From Eledone cirrhosa (Eukaryota), in NCBI GenBank assembly GCA_964016885.1, contig OZ024749.1, forward strand, positions 7,688,001-7,752,000: DNA of 64,000 nt. The letters are read 5' to 3'. Positions 1-14,377 of this stretch are shown here, piece by piece; positions within the stretch are counted from its first letter, which is position 1; the number at the start of each line of letters is the position of its first letter. Under the pieces are notes generated by a model. That model was not told where the DNA came from and made no database searches. It saw nothing but the letters and a program-made list of their open reading frames with translations. A program made the position numbers and the translations under genes.

Positions 1-242
1 TATGCTTTGAACTCCGCCTTGGTTGCTCCCCACTGCTTTCTGTTAGGGCTGTAACGGAAACACACCCCGCTTGGCCACCTATTGGTTGGTGAGGCTATTT
101 AAACCACAGATGTGCAAAAGAGAAAACTTGTTTATAAATCTTCCTATATTCCTAGAAAATTCGTATGACACATAAACATTCACTTAAATGCCTGCCTCAA
201 GAACACTGGTCAAACTTCTTATGTTAAGCACTATTACCTCGT

Positions 243-811
243 TAAGGGCGGTAGATTGTCATTATCGGTAGAACATTTGACGCCATACTTTGCAGCATAG
301 AGTTACGGCCCTTTATGATCTGAGTTCAAATCCCGCCGAGGTTAATTTTTCCTTTCAACCTTACGGGGTCGATAAAATAAAGTACCAGTAATGTACTGGT
401 GAATTGCTGGCCTTGTGCCAAACGTAGAAACAATTATCGATAGAACATCTGACGCCATACTTTGCAGCATAGAGTTACGGCCCTTTATGATCTGAGTTCA
501 AATCCCGCCGAGGTTAATTTTTCCTTTCAACCTTACGGGGTCGATAAAATAAAGTACCAGTAATGTACTGGTGAATTGCTGGCCTTGTGCCAAACGTAGA
601 AACAATTATCGGTAGAACATCTGACGCCATACTTTGCAGCATAGAGTTACGGCCCTTTATGATCTGAGTTCAAATCCCGCCGAGGTTAATTTTTCCTTTC
701 ATCCTTACGGGGGTCGATAAAATAAAGTACCAGTCACACACTGGAGTCGACTTAATCGACTTTCCCCTGCCCCAAGATTGCTGGCCTTGTGCCTCTATAA
801 GAAACCATTAT
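243..811 (+). mobile_element. tRNA-derived SINE (family S1), three head-to-tail copies, 172-bp period
   Basis: Unit starts at 261, 433 and 605. Each has a B-box-like GAGTTCAAATCCC and the central CCTTTCA(T/A)CCTTACGGGGTCGATAAAATAAAGTACCAG, which resembles a Meta-type SINE domain. Many other copies in the window. Confidence 0.85.
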
Positions 812-924
812 CTATGAAGCTACCTTTTTTAATTGTAACCAGACTTTACCGTTACGGTATGTTTTTATACAGAATGTCTTTGTTGAGCTAGAATGTTATT
901 TATATGTTTTATTAATTCTGAAAT

Positions 925-1105
925 TGGTAGAATCAATAGAGGGCCTGACGCCATGCTTTGCAGCCAAAAGTTACGTCCCTTTATGGTCTGAGTTGAAATC
1001 ACGCCGAGGTTAACTTTGCCTTTCATCCTTACGGGGTCGATAAAATAAAGTACCAGTAATACACTGGTATAATTGCTGGCCTTGTGCCAAAAGTAGAAAC
1101 AAGTA
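925..1105 (+). mobile_element. SINE S1 copy
   Basis: Same body and 3' end (GCTGGCCTTGTGCC..AGTAGAAACAA). Confidence 0.85.
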
Positions 1106-1381
1106 ATTCTGAAGATTCCAATTGTTAGATTACATAATTAATTAATTAATAATTAATTATATGACCGCTAAGATGGATGAAACTCACGATATAATTAGTA
1201 GAATATGGTCTTATTTTCAGAGTAATATTTGCTATACCTGAATACATAAACTTTCATGTTAAAGAATTCATGTATTATTTAAAAGAATGGTGCGTAGCCT
1301 TAAATAGAGGTTACTGTGATAAATCCTCTAGTTTTGAGCTGTTAAATCTTCTTCACCTAACTTTGTTTTCGTCTCTGAAAA

Positions 1382-1384
<3 letters not shown>

Positions 1385-1467
<83 letters not shown>

Positions 1468-1598
1468 TCTCTCTCTCTATCTCTCTCTCTCTCTCTATGT
1501 GTGTGTGTGTCTGTGTGTATGTGCGTATGTAAATATATATGTGTATATAAATATATGTAAACATATGTATATAAATATGTGTAGACATTTATATATTT

Positions 1599-1637
<39 letters not shown>

Positions 1638-1642
1638 CATAC

Positions 1643-1673
<31 letters not shown>

Positions 1674-1694
1674 ATATATACATACATATATATA

Positions 1695-1725
<31 letters not shown>

Positions 1726-1780
1726 CATACATATATATATATATATTACATATATATATATATATATTATATATATATAA
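1385..1780. repeat. compound (CT)n/(GT)n/(TA)n microsatellite
   Basis: Direct reading. Confidence 0.95.
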
Positions 1781-1895
1781 TTAACTATGGAGATATAAAA
1801 CATACAGAAGCGAAAATGAACAACAAACCAAACAGTGAGGGTGTCCTATTATCATTTTTCTGGCAATATTATAAACAATATAACACTCTCCAATA
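1781..1895 (+). mobile_element. fragment of family J repeat
   Basis: AACTATGGAGATATAAAA...CAGTGAG...CTGGCAATATTATA matches 25514-25632 and 53135-53245. Confidence 0.65.
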
Positions 1896-1907
1896 TATAT
1901 ACACATA

Positions 1908-1959
<52 letters not shown>

Positions 1960-2154
1960 TGGAAGCTTAGTAAAATCGACGATTTTGGCTGTGGCTAAGC
2001 AAAGCCGACCTACAATAAGGAATGAGTAGCAAAGCACTCTATAAGGGTTGGTCCTTAGAGTAATAACATTACGTTTAAAAGCTTGACAAATTGAAAATTG
2101 CGGTAGGCAAAACCCAACCATAGAGTACCAAAATAACAAAAGAACTAATCAGGT

Positions 2155-2225
<71 letters not shown>

Positions 2226-2456
2226 GTATATATGTCTATCCATATCTATATCTATCTAACTATATAGGTATTTATATTTTTGTGAGTGTTTGTGTTACGT
2301 TTACCTCTGCATATATATATACAGGTTTGTCCCTGGCAAAACTATATATATATATATATATATATTTTGATACAAATAAATTAACTATCCCTAACATAGT
2401 TTTGTTCCAATTCTATTCTTTAGGAGCGACTGTATCGATAGACTGAAGACATCACT

Positions 2457-4436
2457 TTATATAACTGACATATGTAAGTACCTTAAACCTCTTCTGTATA
2501 TAACTGACATATGTAAGTACCTTAAACCTCTTTATATAACTGACATATGTAAGTACCTTAAACCTCTTTATATAACTGACATATGTAAGTACCTTAAACC
2601 TCTTTATATAACTGACATATGTATGTACCTTAAACCTCTTTATATATCTGACATATGTAAGTACCTTAAACCTCTTTATATAACTGACATATGTATGTAC
2701 CTTAAATCTCTTTATATATCTGACATATGTACCTTAAACATCTTCTATATATAGCTGACATATCTAAGTACATTAAACATCTTTATATAACTGACATATG
2801 TACCTTAAACCTCTTCTGTATATAACTGACATAAGTACCTTAAACCTCTTCTTTATATAACTGATATACGTATGTACCTTAAACCTCTTCTTTATATAAC
2901 TGACATATGTACCTTAAACCTCTTCTTTATATAACTGACATATGTACCTTAAATCTCTTTATATAACTGTCATATGTACCTTAAACCTCTTCTTTATATA
3001 ACTGACATATGTACCTTAAACCTCTTCTTTATATAACTGTCATATGTACCTTAAACCTCTTCTTTATATAACTGACATATGTAAGTACCTTAAACCTCTT
3101 CTTTATATAACTGACATATGTACCTTAAACCTCTTCTTTATATAACTGTCATATGTACCTTAAACCTCTTCTTTATATAACTGACATATGTAAGTACCTT
3201 AAACCTCTTCTTTATATAACTGACATATGTACCTTAAACCTCTTCTTTATATAACTGTCATATGTACCTTAAACCTCTTCTTTATATAACTGTCATATGT
3301 ACCTTAAACCTCTTCTTTATATAACTGTCATATGTACCTTAAACCTCTTCTTTATATAACTGACATATGTAAGTACCTTAAACCTCTTCTTTATATAACT
3401 GACATATGTACCTTAAAACTCTTCTTTATATAACTGACATATGTACCTTAAACCTCTTCTTTATATAACTGTCATATGTACCTTAAACCTCTTCTTTATA
3501 TAACTGACATATGTAAGTACCTTAAACCTCTTCTTTATATAACTGACATATGTATGTACCTTAAACCTCTTTATATAACTGACATATGTACCTTATACCT
3601 CTTTATATAACTGACATATGTATGTACCTTTAACCTCTTTATATAACTGACATATGTACCTTAAAACTCTTCTTTATATAACTGACATATGTACCTTAAA
3701 ACTCTTGTTTATATAACTGACATATGTACCTTAAAACTCTTCTTTATATAACTGACATATGTACCTTAAACCTCTTTATATAACTGACATATGTATGTAC
3801 CTTTAACCTCTTTATATAACTGACATATGTACCTTAAACATCTTCTTTATATAACTGACATATGTACCTTATACCTCTTTATATAACTGACATATGTACC
3901 TTATACCTCTTTATATAACTGACATATGTACCTTATACCTCTTTATATAACTGACATATGTATGTACCTTTAACCTCTTTATATAACTGACATATGTACC
4001 TTAAACCTCTTCTTTATATAACTGACATTTGTACCTTTAACCTCTTTATATAACTGACATATGTACCTTAAACCTCTTCTTTATATAACTGACATATGTA
4101 CCTTATACCTCTTTATATAACTGACATATGTACCTTAAACCTCTTCTTTATATAACTGATATATGTACCTTAAACCTCTTCTTTATATAACTGACATATG
4201 TACCTTAAAACTCTTCTTTATATAACTGACATATGTAACTTAAACCTCTTCTTTATATAACTGACATATGTACCTTAAACCTCTTCTTTATATAACTGAC
4301 ATATGTACCTTAAACCTCTTCTTTATATAACTGACATATGTACCTTAAACCTCTTCTTTATATAACTGACATATGTACCTTAAACCTCTTCTTTATATAA
4401 CTGACATATGTACCTTAAACCTCTTCTTTATATAAC
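2457..4436. repeat. minisatellite, ~35-bp unit (32-39-bp variants)
   Basis: TATATAACTGACATATGT(AAGT)ACCTTAAACCTC(TTC)TT repeated over ~2 kb. Confidence 0.97.
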
Positions 4437-5411
4437 AATATATTTTCCAATAGAAAGGTTGACTGGCTAAACACCATAACTAGTCTCAATCATCAATGTT
4501 TGTGTGTGTTACGAGTCAGCTAGTAAACACTTTGGATATTTCCCCCACATTTGGCTGTATTTGATAGTCTTTATTATGTGTGTGTTCTTCTGTGTGTATC
4601 TGCGTGTGTTGTGTTGTGTGTGTTTCTGTGTATGTGTGTGTGTCGGTGTGTGTAATCTGTATTCACCGCTCACTGTTTAAGGGACAGTCCGACAGGATGG
4701 AGAAGACATTGTCACGGAGGACTGCAAGGGAGACCCACATGAAGAGCCTCTCCACTTAAACTAGGCAAAGGAGCAACAATTCTTAAGGGTGAGGAGAAAG
4801 TCGATTATATCGACCAGAGTAATATGACTTAGCACATCACTTTAAACTCGGGTCTATTTGGAGGTTCATGGCTAGAGTATTTCTTTCTCTTCCTTCGTTT
4901 GGACATATATGCGATCCCTATATGAAACACGGCTGGATAAAACAGTTCTCTGTGCAAGTATGTGAGCTGTTTAAGGGTTTGTGGCATTGTAAAGGTGTGA
5001 GGGTGTGAGTGTATGTTATCTGTATTTGATCACGCACTGTTCAAGGACGGGTCTAGCTAGTTATCCTGGTTGACAGAATGTAGAGTCTATTAACCTGAAG
5101 GGAGATATTCCAGCGGGTAGTTATCTCCGCTCCGATAGAAGTGAGTAGGTAGGGATGTTCCCTGGGAGGACAAGAAAGCCGGAAGACTCCACAATCCAAA
5201 GATCAAACACAAATATGTCTGAGAGTAAATGAGTAGACTGTCAACAGAGATATAGACATACACATGGATTTTTTTTCAATGTATTAAATCACGTATATAT
5301 AAATATACTAATAAAAGCAGTTAAACAGAAAGAGAAGAGAAATAGACTTGAGAAGAATGGAATATGAAATAAGAAAATATAACAGAAAACGGAAAAGTAA
5401 GAGAAAGACAT

Positions 5412-6320
5412 GGGCTGTAGTGTAACAGAATATAAAGGAAGGGATGAGAAGGGCTGTAGTGTGACAGAATATAAAGGAAGGGATGAGAAGGGCTGTAGTG
5501 TGACAGAATATGAAGGGAGGGAAAGACAAGGGCTGTAGTGTGACAGAATATAAAGGGAAGGGCTGTAGTGTGACAGAATATAAAGGGAAGGGATGAGAAG
5601 GGCTGTAGTGTGACAGAATATAAAGGAAGGGATGAGAAGGGCTGTAGTGTGACAGAATATAAAGGAAGGGATGAGAAGGGATGTAGTGTGACAGAATATA
5701 AAGGAAGGGATGAGAAGGGCTATAGTGTGACAGAATATAAAGGAAGAGTAAGACAAGGGCTGTAGTGTGACAGAATATAAAGGAAGGGATGAGAAGGGCT
5801 GTAGTGTGACAGAATATAAAGGAAGGGATGAGAAGGGCTGTAGTGTGACAGAATATAAAGGAAGGGATGAGAAGGGCTATAGTGTGACAGAATATAAAGG
5901 AAGAGTAAGACAAGGGCTGTAGTGTGACAGAATATAAAGGAAGGGATGAGAAGGGCTGTAGTGTGACAGAATATAAAGGAAGGGATGAGAAGGGCTGTAG
6001 TGTGACAGAATATAAAGGAAGGGAAAAGGAAGGGCTGTAGTGTGACAGAATATAAAGGGAGGGATGGGAAGGGCTGTAGTGTGACAGAATATAAAGTGAG
6101 GGAAAGACAAGGGCTGTAGTGTGACAGAATATAAAGGGAAGGGCTGTAGTGTGACAGAATATAAAGGGAGGGAAAGGGAAGGGGTGTAGTCTGACAGAAT
6201 ATAACGGGAAGTGAAAAGGAAGGGCTGTGGTGTAACAGAATATAAAGGGAGGGAAAGGGAAGGGCTGTAGTGTGACAGAATTTAAAGTGAGTGAAAAGGA
6301 AGGGCTGTAGTGTGACAGAA
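5412..6320. repeat. purine-rich minisatellite, ~39-bp unit
   Basis: GGGCTGTAGTGTGACAGAATATAAAGGAAGGGATGAGAA tandem. Confidence 0.97.
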
Positions 6321-6727
6321 GTACGGAGTAGGGTATCGGCGATGTGATGGCCTCTGAACCTAGGGCGTTGTGGTAATCGGTCTGCCCCTTGTGGATAAGC
6401 CTGCTAACTCATTTGCTTATAAAATATGTTTCTACGAAAGTATCACATGATGACACATTGTCAAAGTTTTTTCTATCTTTTACACACATCTCAAAGCTAT
6501 AGATCAATAATCTATCGATGTTCTCTTCTGTAGAGAATAGAAATATTTTAATACATGTTGTATTTAGGAAACACTGATTTATTGTAGTGAGTCATTTTCT
6601 TGACTTTATCTTATACTTTATACTGTGTATATATATATATATATTCTCATATAAACTCTCATATATACATATATACATGTACGCATATATATACACACTC
6701 ATATATACACACATATATATATATGAG

Positions 6728-6806
<79 letters not shown>

Positions 6807-7179
6807 ATGTGTGTGTGTATATATAGGTGTGTGCATATATACGTACATATATATATATATGTAAATAAGAGTGTGTGTATATATCCGTACATGTATATAT
6901 GTAAATATGAGTGTGTGTTTATATATATATATATATATATATACACATACTCATATTTACATATATACATAGATATATATGTAGATATATATATTTCTAA
7001 GCACTCTTTGGTTATTCCTATAACTGTAACTATATATGTACGTATATATACACACTCATATTTACATATATATATGTACGTATATATACACACACCTATA
7101 TATATACGTATATATATGTATGTATATATATATATATATATACTCATATATACATATAGTTGCACATATATACTTACTC

Positions 7180-7210
<31 letters not shown>

Positions 7211-7276
7211 CATACTCATATATACATATATATGTACGTATATATATATACTCATATATACATATGTACGTATATA

Positions 7277-7308
<32 letters not shown>

Positions 7309-7593
7309 CTCATATATACATACAGTTGTACGTATATATACACATGCCCGGATAGAAACTCCCTCACACATAACAAAATATACATATATATATATGTGTG
7401 TCTGTGTGTATGTGTGTGTGTCTGTGTTTGCATACGTGTGTGCGTATGTATACATGTGTACAAGGAAAGCAAGCCTAAGAGAGAGAGAGAGAGAGAGTGG
7501 GAGAGAGAGAGTGAGAGAGAGGGCGGTGATAGGAAATGAAATAGTCAGGTTTTATATATATATATAATTGTGTATATATATATATGTGTGTGT

Positions 7594-7631
<38 letters not shown>

Positions 7632-7654
7632 ATATTTATATATATATATTTGTG

Positions 7655-7695
<41 letters not shown>

Positions 7696-7734
7696 GATGT
7701 TAACAAATGGAAACTATATTTATAAAACCCTATC

Positions 7735-7799
7735 TATTTTATTATACATATTTCAAGGATTCTATGTTAAATTATGGTATGCTTTCATCAGACAAAATA
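7735..7799 (-). ncRNA. type I hammerhead ribozyme (family A, mirror arm)
   Basis: Reverse complement of the 7954-8018 motif; TCATCAG at 7785-7791. Confidence 0.75.
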
Positions 7800-7953
7800 C
7801 AATATATACCAGTTTTATAAATAAATATTGACATACCCTTAAAAATGCAACCGTTACTTTTGGAAGACATCAGGGATAGTGATGTCTTCCAAAAGTACCT
7901 GTTGCATTTTGAAAGGGTATGTCAATATTTATTTATAAAACTGGTATATATTG

Positions 7954-8018
7954 TATTTTGTCTGATGAAAGCATACCATAATTTAACGTAGTATCCTTGA
8001 AATATGTATAATAAAATA
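7954..8018 (+). ncRNA. type I hammerhead ribozyme (family A)
   Basis: TATTTTGT-CTGATGA(7962)-AAGCATAC..GTATCCTT-GAAA(7999)-TATGTA-TA-ATAAAATA; stems I and II pair. Confidence 0.8.
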
Positions 8019-8147
8019 GATATGGTTTTATAAATATAGTTTCCATTTGTTAATATCGTATATTTACTCCAAATACTTGTCGAGTGCTTTATATATTAGT
8101 TATAAAAATATTTGCTTGTTGTATCCCAACAATTTAAATAGAACTTT

Positions 8148-8236
<89 letters not shown>

Positions 8237-8279
8237 CTGTATATATATATATAGTCGTGTATATATAAATATATAAATA

Positions 8280-8311
<32 letters not shown>

Positions 8312-8349
8312 GTTGTGTGTATATATATATGTATATATATATATATAGT

Positions 8350-8390
<41 letters not shown>

Positions 8391-8786
8391 GTGTATATTT
8401 ATATATATATATATGCATCTATCTACACATGCACACACATATACATACATATATATGCGTACGTTTGTCTGTGTTTATGTATGTGTGTTTGTGAGTGTGT
8501 GTACTTGTATGCTAGTGTGTGTATGTATGTATGTGTGTGTCTGTCTGTACGTTTGTGTGTGTATGTGTGTTTGTGAATTTGTGTGCTAGTGTGTGTGTGT
8601 GTGTGTGTTTGTGCGTACACGTGTATGTGTGTCTGTGAGTGTGTGTGCTTATGTGTGTGTATGTCTGTGCCTGTGTAATTTAGTTAACATATGGTACTGC
8701 ATTATTGAGTAGCAGTAAAAAGAAACATTCCTTCTTTATGACAAGTTAGTTGCATTGTTATATGGTATGTTTATTTCCCCGCCTTT

Positions 8787-8858
<72 letters not shown>

Positions 8859-8860
8859 GT

Positions 8861-9212
8861 GCAAAAGTTTTATTTAAAATTGTTGGGATACAACAAGTAA
8901 ATATTTTATAACTGATATAAAGCACTCGACAAGTTTTTGGAGTAGATATACGATATGGAAACAATATTTATAAAACCATATTTATTTCATTATACATATT
9001 TCGGGGATACGAAATTAAAATATGGTATGCCTTCATCAGACAAAATACAATATATAAACAGTTTTATAAATAATTTTGACGTACCCTATTAGAAGCGACC
9101 ATTACTTTTGGAAGCTGTCTGGATAGTCTATCCCCGATAGGGTATCCCCGAAATATGTATAATGAAATAATATGGTTTTATAAATATAGTTTCCATTTAT
9201 TTTATATCGTAT
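8861..9212 (-). mobile_element. family A copy 2: tailed minus arm plus short inverted arm (9143-9212)
   Basis: Homologous to 7879-8150. Minus-strand HHR at 8983-9047 (TCATCAG 9033-9039). The short arm ends at the same ATATCGTATA boundary as in copy 1. Confidence 0.85.
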
Positions 9213-9245
9213 ATATATATATGTATGTATATGTATATTTATATA

Positions 9246-9376
<131 letters not shown>

Positions 9377-9387
9377 GTGTGTATATA

Positions 9388-9430
<43 letters not shown>

Positions 9431-9443
9431 ATATATATATAAA

Positions 9444-9510
<67 letters not shown>

Positions 9511-9750
9511 ATACTTTGTGAGGGTCATGTTGCCAAATTCAGAAACGAAATATATATATATATTTATGTATATATACATAAATATATATATATATATATA
9601 TTTATCTATATGTATATATATATATATATATATTTATGTATATATATATATATTTATGTATATATATATATATATATATATATTTATGTATATGTATATA
9701 TATATATACATATATATGTATGTATATGTATATATATATATATACATATA

Positions 9751-9922
9751 AATAGCTTAGAGTTTAGACTCAGAGAGGTCATTTACAATCATTTCAGCTC
9801 TAGTAATCGCTTCTGAGCAGTATAAATTAATATTTGATGAACATTTACATGTTATAGTTGCAATTGACTAATTAGTCAATTGCAACTATAACATGTAAAT
9901 GTTCATCAAATATTAATTTATA
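9751..9922. mobile_element. spacer-less perfect palindrome (51-bp arms, 9821-9922) with one-sided tail
   Basis: Centre GACTAA|TTAGTC at 9871/9872; related to 26258-26501. Confidence 0.8.
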
Positions 9923-9984
9923 TACATATATATGTATGTATATGTATATATATATATATATGTATGTATATGTATATAAATATA

Positions 9985-10031
<47 letters not shown>

Positions 10032-10045
10032 CTATATATATATAC

Positions 10046-10078
<33 letters not shown>

Positions 10079-10180
10079 ACTATATATATATACATATATC
10101 TATATACATATATATATATATATATATATACTTATATATATATGTATAAATATGTATATATGTATATATGTATATAAATA

Positions 10181-10212
<32 letters not shown>

Positions 10213-10244
10213 AGTATATATATATATATGTATATATATATAAG

Positions 10245-10290
<46 letters not shown>

Positions 10291-10315
10291 CGTATATATA
10301 AGTATATATATATAA

Positions 10316-10384
<69 letters not shown>

Positions 10385-10442
10385 CGTATATATATGTATA
10401 TATATATATGTATATATATATATACATATATATATATATGTG

Positions 10443-10473
<31 letters not shown>

Positions 10474-10530
10474 GTATATATGTACATATATATATGTATT
10501 TTTACATATATATATGTATATATATATATG

Positions 10531-10622
<92 letters not shown>

Positions 10623-10652
10623 CATATATATATGTATTTATACATATATATA

Positions 10653-10706
<54 letters not shown>

Positions 10707-10708
<2 letters not shown>

Positions 10709-10888
10709 GTGAAGGGCACGTGTCTGGGTGGTTAGAGAATTGGATTCACAATCTTGAGGTTGTGAGTTCGTCTGGACCAGGCGATGCGTTATGTCCTTGA
10801 GCAAGACACTTTATTTCACGTTGCTCCTTCTACCTGGAGGTGCGACAGATAGATAGTATTAGCAATTGGAAAGACCAACAGAAAAATT
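10707..10888 (+). mobile_element. tRNA-derived CORE-like SINE (family S2)
   Basis: tRNA-like head (GTGGTTAG...GTGAGTTCG) then TGTCCTTGAGCAAGACACTT, similar to the CORE-SINE motif. Other copies at 14378, 26707 and 63385. Confidence 0.8.
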
Positions 10889-10893
10889 GCGGA

Positions 10894-11485
10894 AAAATAG
10901 CGGAGCAAGCACTATTTTTATATTGTTCTGTTATCTCAAATTAGTACCATCGAACCACAAATATTATAAACACCTTGCATATTTCTGCAAGTACATAGTG
11001 CCTGTTAAAGTATTCATCCACTTTTATAATTTTTCTCCTTATGTAGAGAACAAAACGTTGAATAATGCTGCTAATTTTAGTGGCAATATCAACACGTTTA
11101 TAATAAACAGCTATTATCTGCGACCTGATTTTGCGTGTGCGTCATTTTAACTGCTTGACCGCATGCGTTGGGCAGGAATCGAAATATTTACTTACTATAG
11201 GGCTGGCAACCTTATAGTATGGAAATTAGCTGTCTGAAGATCCATTTCTTTCCATTGGAATTTCTCTGGATTTCCAATTTTTGGAATGGTGAAACCGCCG
11301 GTACCAGCAATAGAGCAGGTGATTATTTAAATCGTTTTTTAATTTATTTAAAGAATTATTTGATAACCGCTTGCTCCGCTATTTTTATATTGTTCTGGTA
11401 TCTCAAATGAGTACCATAGAACCACACATTATAAACACCTTGCATATTTCTACAAGTACATAGTGCCTGTTGAAGTATTCATCCA

Positions 11486-11488
<3 letters not shown>
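10894..11488 (+). repeat. ~115-bp direct repeat, 467-bp period, preceded by a short inverted segment
   Basis: CTATTTTTATATTGTTCT...TTCATCCACTT at 10912 and 11379. AAAAATAGCGGAGCAAGC (10893-10910) is the reverse complement of 11369-11386. Confidence 0.8.
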
Positions 11489-11562
<74 letters not shown>

Positions 11563-11595
11563 AATTATATATACATACATATATGTGGATGTATA

Positions 11596-11671
<76 letters not shown>

Positions 11672-11950
11672 AATATATATATATATACATATTCATAAAT
11701 GTGCATGTATATATATTTCTAAATATGTATATATATATGTAAACATATATATATATACATATACATATATGTGCATATATATATATATATGTGTGTGTGT
11801 GTGTATGTAGGTATGTATATTTATATATATACTTACGTATATTCATATTAATGTTATCATTTATATTATTATTATTACTGTCACTATTTCAACTGCTAGT
11901 CGACTTCGTCGCCGTCGTCTTTGTGGTAGTGGTAGTACTAGTGATTGTGA

Positions 11951-11989
<39 letters not shown>

Positions 11990-12074
11990 AAGTAGTAGTG
12001 GTTGTTTTCAACTTAGTTTTCCATGACAACGGTGTGCTGTAGTGATATATGCAATGATTATTAGCCCCATATAT

Positions 12075-12147
<73 letters not shown>

Positions 12148-12265
12148 ATATATATATATACATGTATATATATATATATAGTATATATACATATCTGTAT
12201 ATATTTTACATACATACATACATACATACACACACAAATATATATATATATATTCATATATACAC

Positions 12266-12370
<105 letters not shown>

Positions 12371-12371
12371 C

Positions 12372-12416
<45 letters not shown>

Positions 12417-13117
12417 CATATACATATATATATATAAACATATGTATATATATATATATTAACATATACATATATATATAAACATATATACATATATATA
12501 TATATATATTAACATATACATATATATATATATATATAATTTATTTATACTCTAAAATATAATGAAATTAACACAAAACAGCAAAGTGTACATAGGAAGG
12601 GAAAGACACAAATAACAACAACAACATCAACAACCACAACAACACCAACAACAACGCCAGCAACACCAACATCAATAAGAAGAAGAAAATAGATAAAAAT
12701 GAAGCATTAAAATGAAATTAATTTTCTCTGGAAGTTGCCTAGGAAATATAAAAATAATTACGAAAATTCGGAAAAATGTTCTTAACTCTCGTGTATTTTA
12801 TTAAAACAGTTTTGTGAAATTAACGCAAGTGTTTTAATTGACGTCATTGTAAAACCTTGTTTGGTAATCGTTCTCTCGCTGCTATTTATTGTCTAGTTTA
12901 AACAATTTCCTCATAATTACTGAGTTTTTAATAATTATTTTGAACTTAATTATTTCATTTTTTATTTAATATATTTTTTTTTTTTTTGTAATTCATGAGC
13001 AGTGATTTAGCAGAGATGTTAAAGACGGCTAATTATAAACACCTCGTTAGTACCTTCTAATAGGTTTGTGGTCGAGTCTGGCATGGAGGCCTCTGACGTT
13101 CTAGACCACTTCGGGCC

Positions 13118-13157
13118 ATATACCTACTCATATATACATATATATGAGTAGGTATAT
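13118..13157. repeat. 19-bp-arm palindrome between two diverged ~165-bp direct repeats (12985-13290)
   Basis: ATATACCTACTCATATATA-CA-TATATATGAGTAGGTATAT; AGC(A/G)GTGATT(T/G)AGCAGA.ATGTTAAAGA occurs on both sides. Confidence 0.7.
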
Positions 13158-13285
13158 AGCGGTGATTGAGCAGAAATGTTAAAGATGACAGATTATAAAT
13201 GACTAATTTACGTATAATCTCTGATAGAGTTGTGGTAGTGGAGACTTCCGATGGATTTGGCCACCTCAGACCTCATCCCTATTCG

Positions 13286-13412
<127 letters not shown>

Positions 13413-14377
13413 GATTACATTTTTTATTAAATTTTATTAATAGACAACTTTTTTGTGTAGAATTCTCAGAATTATTTCGCGGAAGTCTGCGGTTCCTCAG
13501 AAACCAATTTGGGAAGCACTGAACTAAACAATAGCAACAACCACAACACACACTACATAAACAACAACAACAACAAGACACTACATAAACAACAACAACT
13601 TGGTTTGAAACATGTACAATCGTGAATCTATAATTTAAAAAGACATTAATTATATATCTAAAATCAAAGAGACACGACAAACTACTGTAGAAATTGACAT
13701 ATATTTTGACATAACATTGTATGGAGATAATGTTACAATAAAATGCTCTGTCAGTAATAATACTATTGACCATGCTTAAAAGAACAGAAATAGTTTGTTC
13801 AATGTGTATTCAATTAAAACCTTTTAACATGTAAAGGTAGAGTTAAAACCGTTGCAGTGAAGTTTAGCTTAGTCGAATAAATCAAATCGAAAACTTAGTT
13901 ATCGGCAATAAATCCGAACTGGCAGATCCTTCAGGGGGAAAACGCGTTTCATGACAGGAATTCATGAAAGTGTAAATTTCATTTATGTAAAACAGTTTCC
14001 TGACTTGAAGAAGCTCGTGAGTAGCTGTTCTATGTTCAATTAACAATGATATTTCGAATATTTCTCCCGAAACGACGGCATCTTCTCTATCGTTCGTTAC
14101 AACCTTATACACATCATCTTGATATTAGGATGTTAAAAGTAGTTGAGCGCGCTCCTGGTTAGTTAGTTATCTTGTCAGAAAGCGACAAAATGTCAAACGA
14201 GATGCCATTGACGTATTTCAATCACGAACCCTGACATTTCCAAATCCGTATCGAAGCTGACATTAACATCCCGTCTATCCTAGAGGACGATTAAAACAAA
14301 CATCCTGACATAATTCCTTCGAATTGTGTCTAACCAGTTGAAATCACTATTATTATTTTTATTTGATATATGTAACT

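Larger units (their letters stand above)
7692..8150. mobile_element. family A fold-back pLTR-like element in (TA)n
   Basis: Arms 7692-7870 and 7879-8061 are inverted with a few mismatches. The + arm continues into a ~90-bp tail to 8150. Each arm has an HHR. Confidence 0.85.

Noticed and set aside
5289-6110. Repetitive ORFs (FIFCHTTALLIPS), also those at 31338-31604 and 46653-47214
   Set aside because: Open frames through minisatellites with no domain similarity.
13505-13521. hAT/Charlie-like TIR end (TTGGGAAGCACTG)
   Set aside because: No partner TIR or TSD found.
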